From an uncultured Chloroflexia bacterium (GTDB taxonomy: Bacteria; Chloroflexota; Limnocylindria; Limnocylindrales; CSP1-4): a stretch of 64,000 nt of DNA. Every line of letters starts with the position of its first letter. Within the stretch, counting starts at the first letter, position 1. The notes beneath the pieces are model-generated. The model searched no databases. It was not told the origin of the DNA and saw only the letters and a program-made list of their open reading frames with translations. Location: the NCBI GenBank assembly GCA_963763775.1, contig CAVXPZ010000001.1, positions 64,001-128,000 of the forward strand. Direction: 5' to 3'. The translations under genes and the position numbers were made by a program. Shown one piece after another: positions 61,433 to 64,000 of this stretch.

Positions 61433-62314
61433 TCAGCCGGCGACGAGCGGGGCGACCTCGCGCTCGAAGCGCTCGACGGCGGCCACGGTGCCGGCGGGAT
61501 CCACGGTGCCGAACGACAGGGCCAGGTGGGAGACGCCGAGCGCGGCGAACGCCCGGACCTCCGCCGCGATCTCGTCGGGCGTGCCGCGCATGGCGTATCC
61601 CTGGTCGGTGGCCGCCTCGAACTCGACACGCACGCGGGCCGTCAATCGCGGCACGGGACGACCCGCCGCCTCGGCCGCCGCCAGGACCACCGGCACGCGC
61701 TCGGCGTAGCTCGCGGGACTGGCCTGGCTGGCGTGGTAGCCGTCGCCGAGGGCGCCCGCGCGACGCAGTGCCGGTCCCGCCCGTCCGCCGACGAGGATCG
61801 GGAGCGCCGCGCCCTGCGCCGGCAGCGGCTCGAAGACGAAGTCGTCCAGCGGGTGGAAGCGGCCCGGGAAGGGCTCGCTCGTGCCGGACCAGAGGTGTCG
61901 CCAGAGGCGGATCGTCTCGTCGAGATAGGCGCCGCGGACCCGGAACCGATCGGCGACCCCGAGGTTCGTGAACTCCCGGTCGCTCCACCCGACGCCGACC
62001 CCGGCGATGACCCGACCGCCGGTCAGCGCGTCGAGCGAGGCGAGTTCCTTGGCCAGGATCACGGCATTCCGCTGCGGGACGACGAGCACGCTGGTCCCGA
62101 GCCGCAGCCCCGGGTGCCTGGCCCCGACCCACGCCAGCGTGACGACCGCATCGAAGATCCGGCCGTACTCGGGCGACGCCTGATGGTCGACGAGCACATG
62201 ATCGGTCGTCCAGACCGTCGACCAGCCGAGACGGGCGGCAGCGTCTGCGGCAGCCTCGATGCCCTCGGTGCTCGCGCCGGCCGGGTAGTTGGGGAGGCAA
62301 AGTCCGAAGTCCAT
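61433..62314 (-). CDS. LLM-class probable F420-dependent oxidoreductase
   Basis: VWTTDH, LGTSVLVVPQR, LDALTGGR..GVGVGW, ILVGG. Confidence 0.88.
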   Translation of the reverse strand: MDFGLCLPNYPAGASTEGIEAAADAAARLGWSTVWTTDHVLVDHQASPEYGRIFDAVVTLAWVGARHPGLRLGTSVLVVPQRNAVILAKELASLDALTGGRVIAGVGVGWSDREFTNLGVADRFRVRGAYLDETIRLWRHLWSGTSEPFPGRFHPLDDFVFEPLPAQGAALPILVGGRAGPALRRAGALGDGYHASQASPASYAERVPVVLAAAEAAGRPVPRLTARVRVEFEAATDQGYAMRGTPDEIAAEVRAFAALGVSHLALSFGTVDPAGTVAAVERFEREVAPLVAG

Positions 62315-62364
62315 GGCCCGGATGGTACCGACCTGACGCCCGGCGCATGGCCGACAATGGCGGG

Positions 62365-62619
62365 ATGGACGAGCCGACGCGCCGGATCGAGCTGAGACTC
62401 GACCTCGGATCCGACGACGAGTACGACGAGCTCGAACGCGCCCTGCTGAAGGCCCGCGCCTCCGAGTTGACCGAGGTCCGGCGACGGAACGTGCGCCTCA
62501 CGGCCGGCTACGGCGACGCCACCACCCGGGACGTCATGGACGACGAGGGCCGGCGCGCCCAGCTCCGCTACGACGTCCTCGGGAGACTGGTCGACGCGCT
62601 TCGTCGCGGAGGGCGTTGA
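62365..62619 (+). CDS. Small hypothetical protein
   Basis: GACAAT 6 nt upstream of ATG; coding-like composition. Confidence 0.6.
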   Translation: MDEPTRRIELRLDLGSDDEYDELERALLKARASELTEVRRRNVRLTAGYGDATTRDVMDDEGRRAQLRYDVLGRLVDALRRGGR

Positions 62620-62645
62620 CGGACGGTCGCGGACGGTGCTATAAC
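62616..62645 (+). promoter_or_regulatory. Sigma70 promoter for the cytochrome b gene
   Basis: TTGACG-18 nt-TATAAC with extended TGn. Confidence 0.65.
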
Positions 62646-62692
62646 GCAGGTCGATATATCGTGCGACGATAGCATCGAAGGGACCGTGGCGC

Positions 62693-63452
62693 GTGGCCGA
62701 CGGCGATCGCGACCAGCAGCCGGTGAGTTTCCTCGAGCGGGTGGACCAGACCATCCGCCGGAGCCCGGTGTGGCGGTCGATCTTCCGCCAGCCGTACCCC
62801 CGCGACGAGCGCTCGCGCGCCTACGCGGTGATGAACAACGTCTTCCTGCACATCCACCCGGTGCGCGTCCGCCAGCACGCGGTCAAGTTCGCCTACACGT
62901 TCTGCCTGGGCGGTCTCAGCTTCTTCCTGTTCCTGGTCCTGACCGTGACCGGCGTGTACCTGATGTTCTTCTACGTGCCGAGCGCCACGCAGGCCTACAC
63001 GAACATCCTCGAGATCCAGAGCCAGGTCGTGTTCGGGCTGCTCACCCGCAACGTCCACCGGTGGGCCGCCCACCTGATGGTCTTCTTCGTGTTCCTGCAC
63101 ATGATGCGGGTCTTCTACCACGGCGCCTACAAGCCGCCGCGCGAGTTCAACTGGGTCGTCGGCGTGGTCCTGCTGTTCCTCACGATCATGCTGAGCTTCT
63201 CGGGGTATCTCCTGCCCTGGGACCAGATCGCCTACTGGGCCATCACCATCGGGACCAACTTCGGTTCGTACTTCCCGATCGTGAATACCCGCCACGCGCC
63301 TCATGCTCCTCGGCGGCCTCGAGGTCGGCCAGAACACGCTGCTGCGCTTCTACGTGCTCCACGTCATGGCCTTCCCGTTGATCACCGCGATCTTCCTGGC
63401 GGTCCACTTCTGGCGCATCCGCAAGGACGGAGGCATCTCGGGGCCGCTGTGA
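62693..63452 (+). CDS. petB: Cytochrome b6-type N-terminal subunit; frameshift near 63290
   Basis: YTFCLGG, RNVHRWAAHLM..HM, PPREFNW, GYLLPWDQ; shifted frame LRFYVLHV..HFWRIRKDGGISGPL*. Confidence 0.85.
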
Positions 63453-63534
63453 CGCGCGGCTGACCCCGAGGACGCGCCCCGGACCGTCGGAGGAGCGGGT
63501 CCGCGGGCGGGCCGGTTCGGGTAGCCTCCGCGAC

Positions 63535-64000
63535 GTGTCCCAGCCGCCCGCGCCAGCGACCCGCGTGCCGATCGCCGTCGTCGCGGGACTGTTCCTCGCC
63601 TCGCTCGCCCTGCGCCCGCAGTTGCTTGCCGTCGGGCCGCTCCTCCCATTCATCCGGGCTGACCTCGGCCTGCCGGCCGGTGTCGCCGGGCTCCTGACGT
63701 CGATCCCGGTCCTGTGCATGGGGATCTTCGCGCCGCTCGGGCCGCGGCTGGCGGCTCGACTCGGACCGCGCGAGGCGTTCGCGGTGTCGCTCGCGCTCAT
63801 CGCCGGCTTCGGCCTGCTGCGGGCGCTCGTCCCCAGCTTCCCGTTGGTCCTGGCCGCGACCCTCGGGATCGGGTTCGGGGTCGGGGTGGCGGGAGCGATC
63901 CCGTCGATGGTCGTGTCGACCCGACTCCCGTCACGTCCCGCCCTCGGGACCGGCGCGTACGCGGGCGGGATCGTGGCCGGGTCGACGCTGGCGGCCGCGC
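63535..64000 (+). CDS. CynX/NimT-family MFS transporter (partial, runs off the window)
   Basis: My translation: LALRPQLLAVGPLL..IRADLGL..AGLLTSIPVLCMGIFAP; TAGCCT 7 nt upstream. Confidence 0.8.
   Translation, partial: MSQPPAPATRVPIAVVAGLFLASLALRPQLLAVGPLLPFIRADLGLPAGVAGLLTSIPVLCMGIFAPLGPRLAARLGPREAFAVSLALIAGFGLLRALVPSFPLVLAATLGIGFGVGVAGAIPSMVVSTRLPSRPALGTGAYAGGIVAGSTLAAA

Noticed and set aside
1-64000. tRNA, rRNA, CRISPR, IS/integrase, prophage or known defence systems
   Set aside because: No T-loop/anticodon pattern, repeat-spacer array or recombinase/nuclease motif seen by eye; a dedicated scan could still find small elements

Overview
Very GC-rich (visually about 70% or more), gene-dense bacterial chromosome segment. 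The gene set (GlmL-like orphan cluster, several F420-dependent oxidoreductases, b6-type cytochrome b, alpha2-type GlyRS, ECF sigma plus TolB-repeat partner) suggests Chloroflexota, perhaps Limnocylindria/Ellin6529; this taxonomy is inference only. 1-20 kb is a housekeeping run (nnrD, alr, macro domain, tsaE-tsaB-rimI-tsaD, rsmA, ispE, ridA, glmU, hemolysin-family, recO, glyQS). Embedded in it is an uncharacterised three-gene module: a small acidic protein, a degenerate GlmL/MutL-like ASKHA protein, and a barrel-sandwich-hybrid partner. An accessory-looking block (DUF3500, ECF sigma, nfnAB, FAD oxidoreductase, FNR) separates glyQS from ppdK. The rest holds two OmpR/BaeS-type two-component systems, malic enzyme, Zn-ADH, a carboxypeptidase T homologue, a MerR-vWA pair, glpK, an ABC-2 transporter, a membrane GGDEF protein, a GH18 lipoprotein, chrA, an LLM/F420 enzyme and an orphan cytochrome b6. 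At least 13 genes appear leaderless (a -10 hexamer 6-7 nt before the start codon). About 13 genes carry apparent indel frameshifts, probably long-read assembly errors. I saw no rRNA, tRNA, CRISPR array, transposase or integrase. All family assignments come from motif recognition, not database searches.
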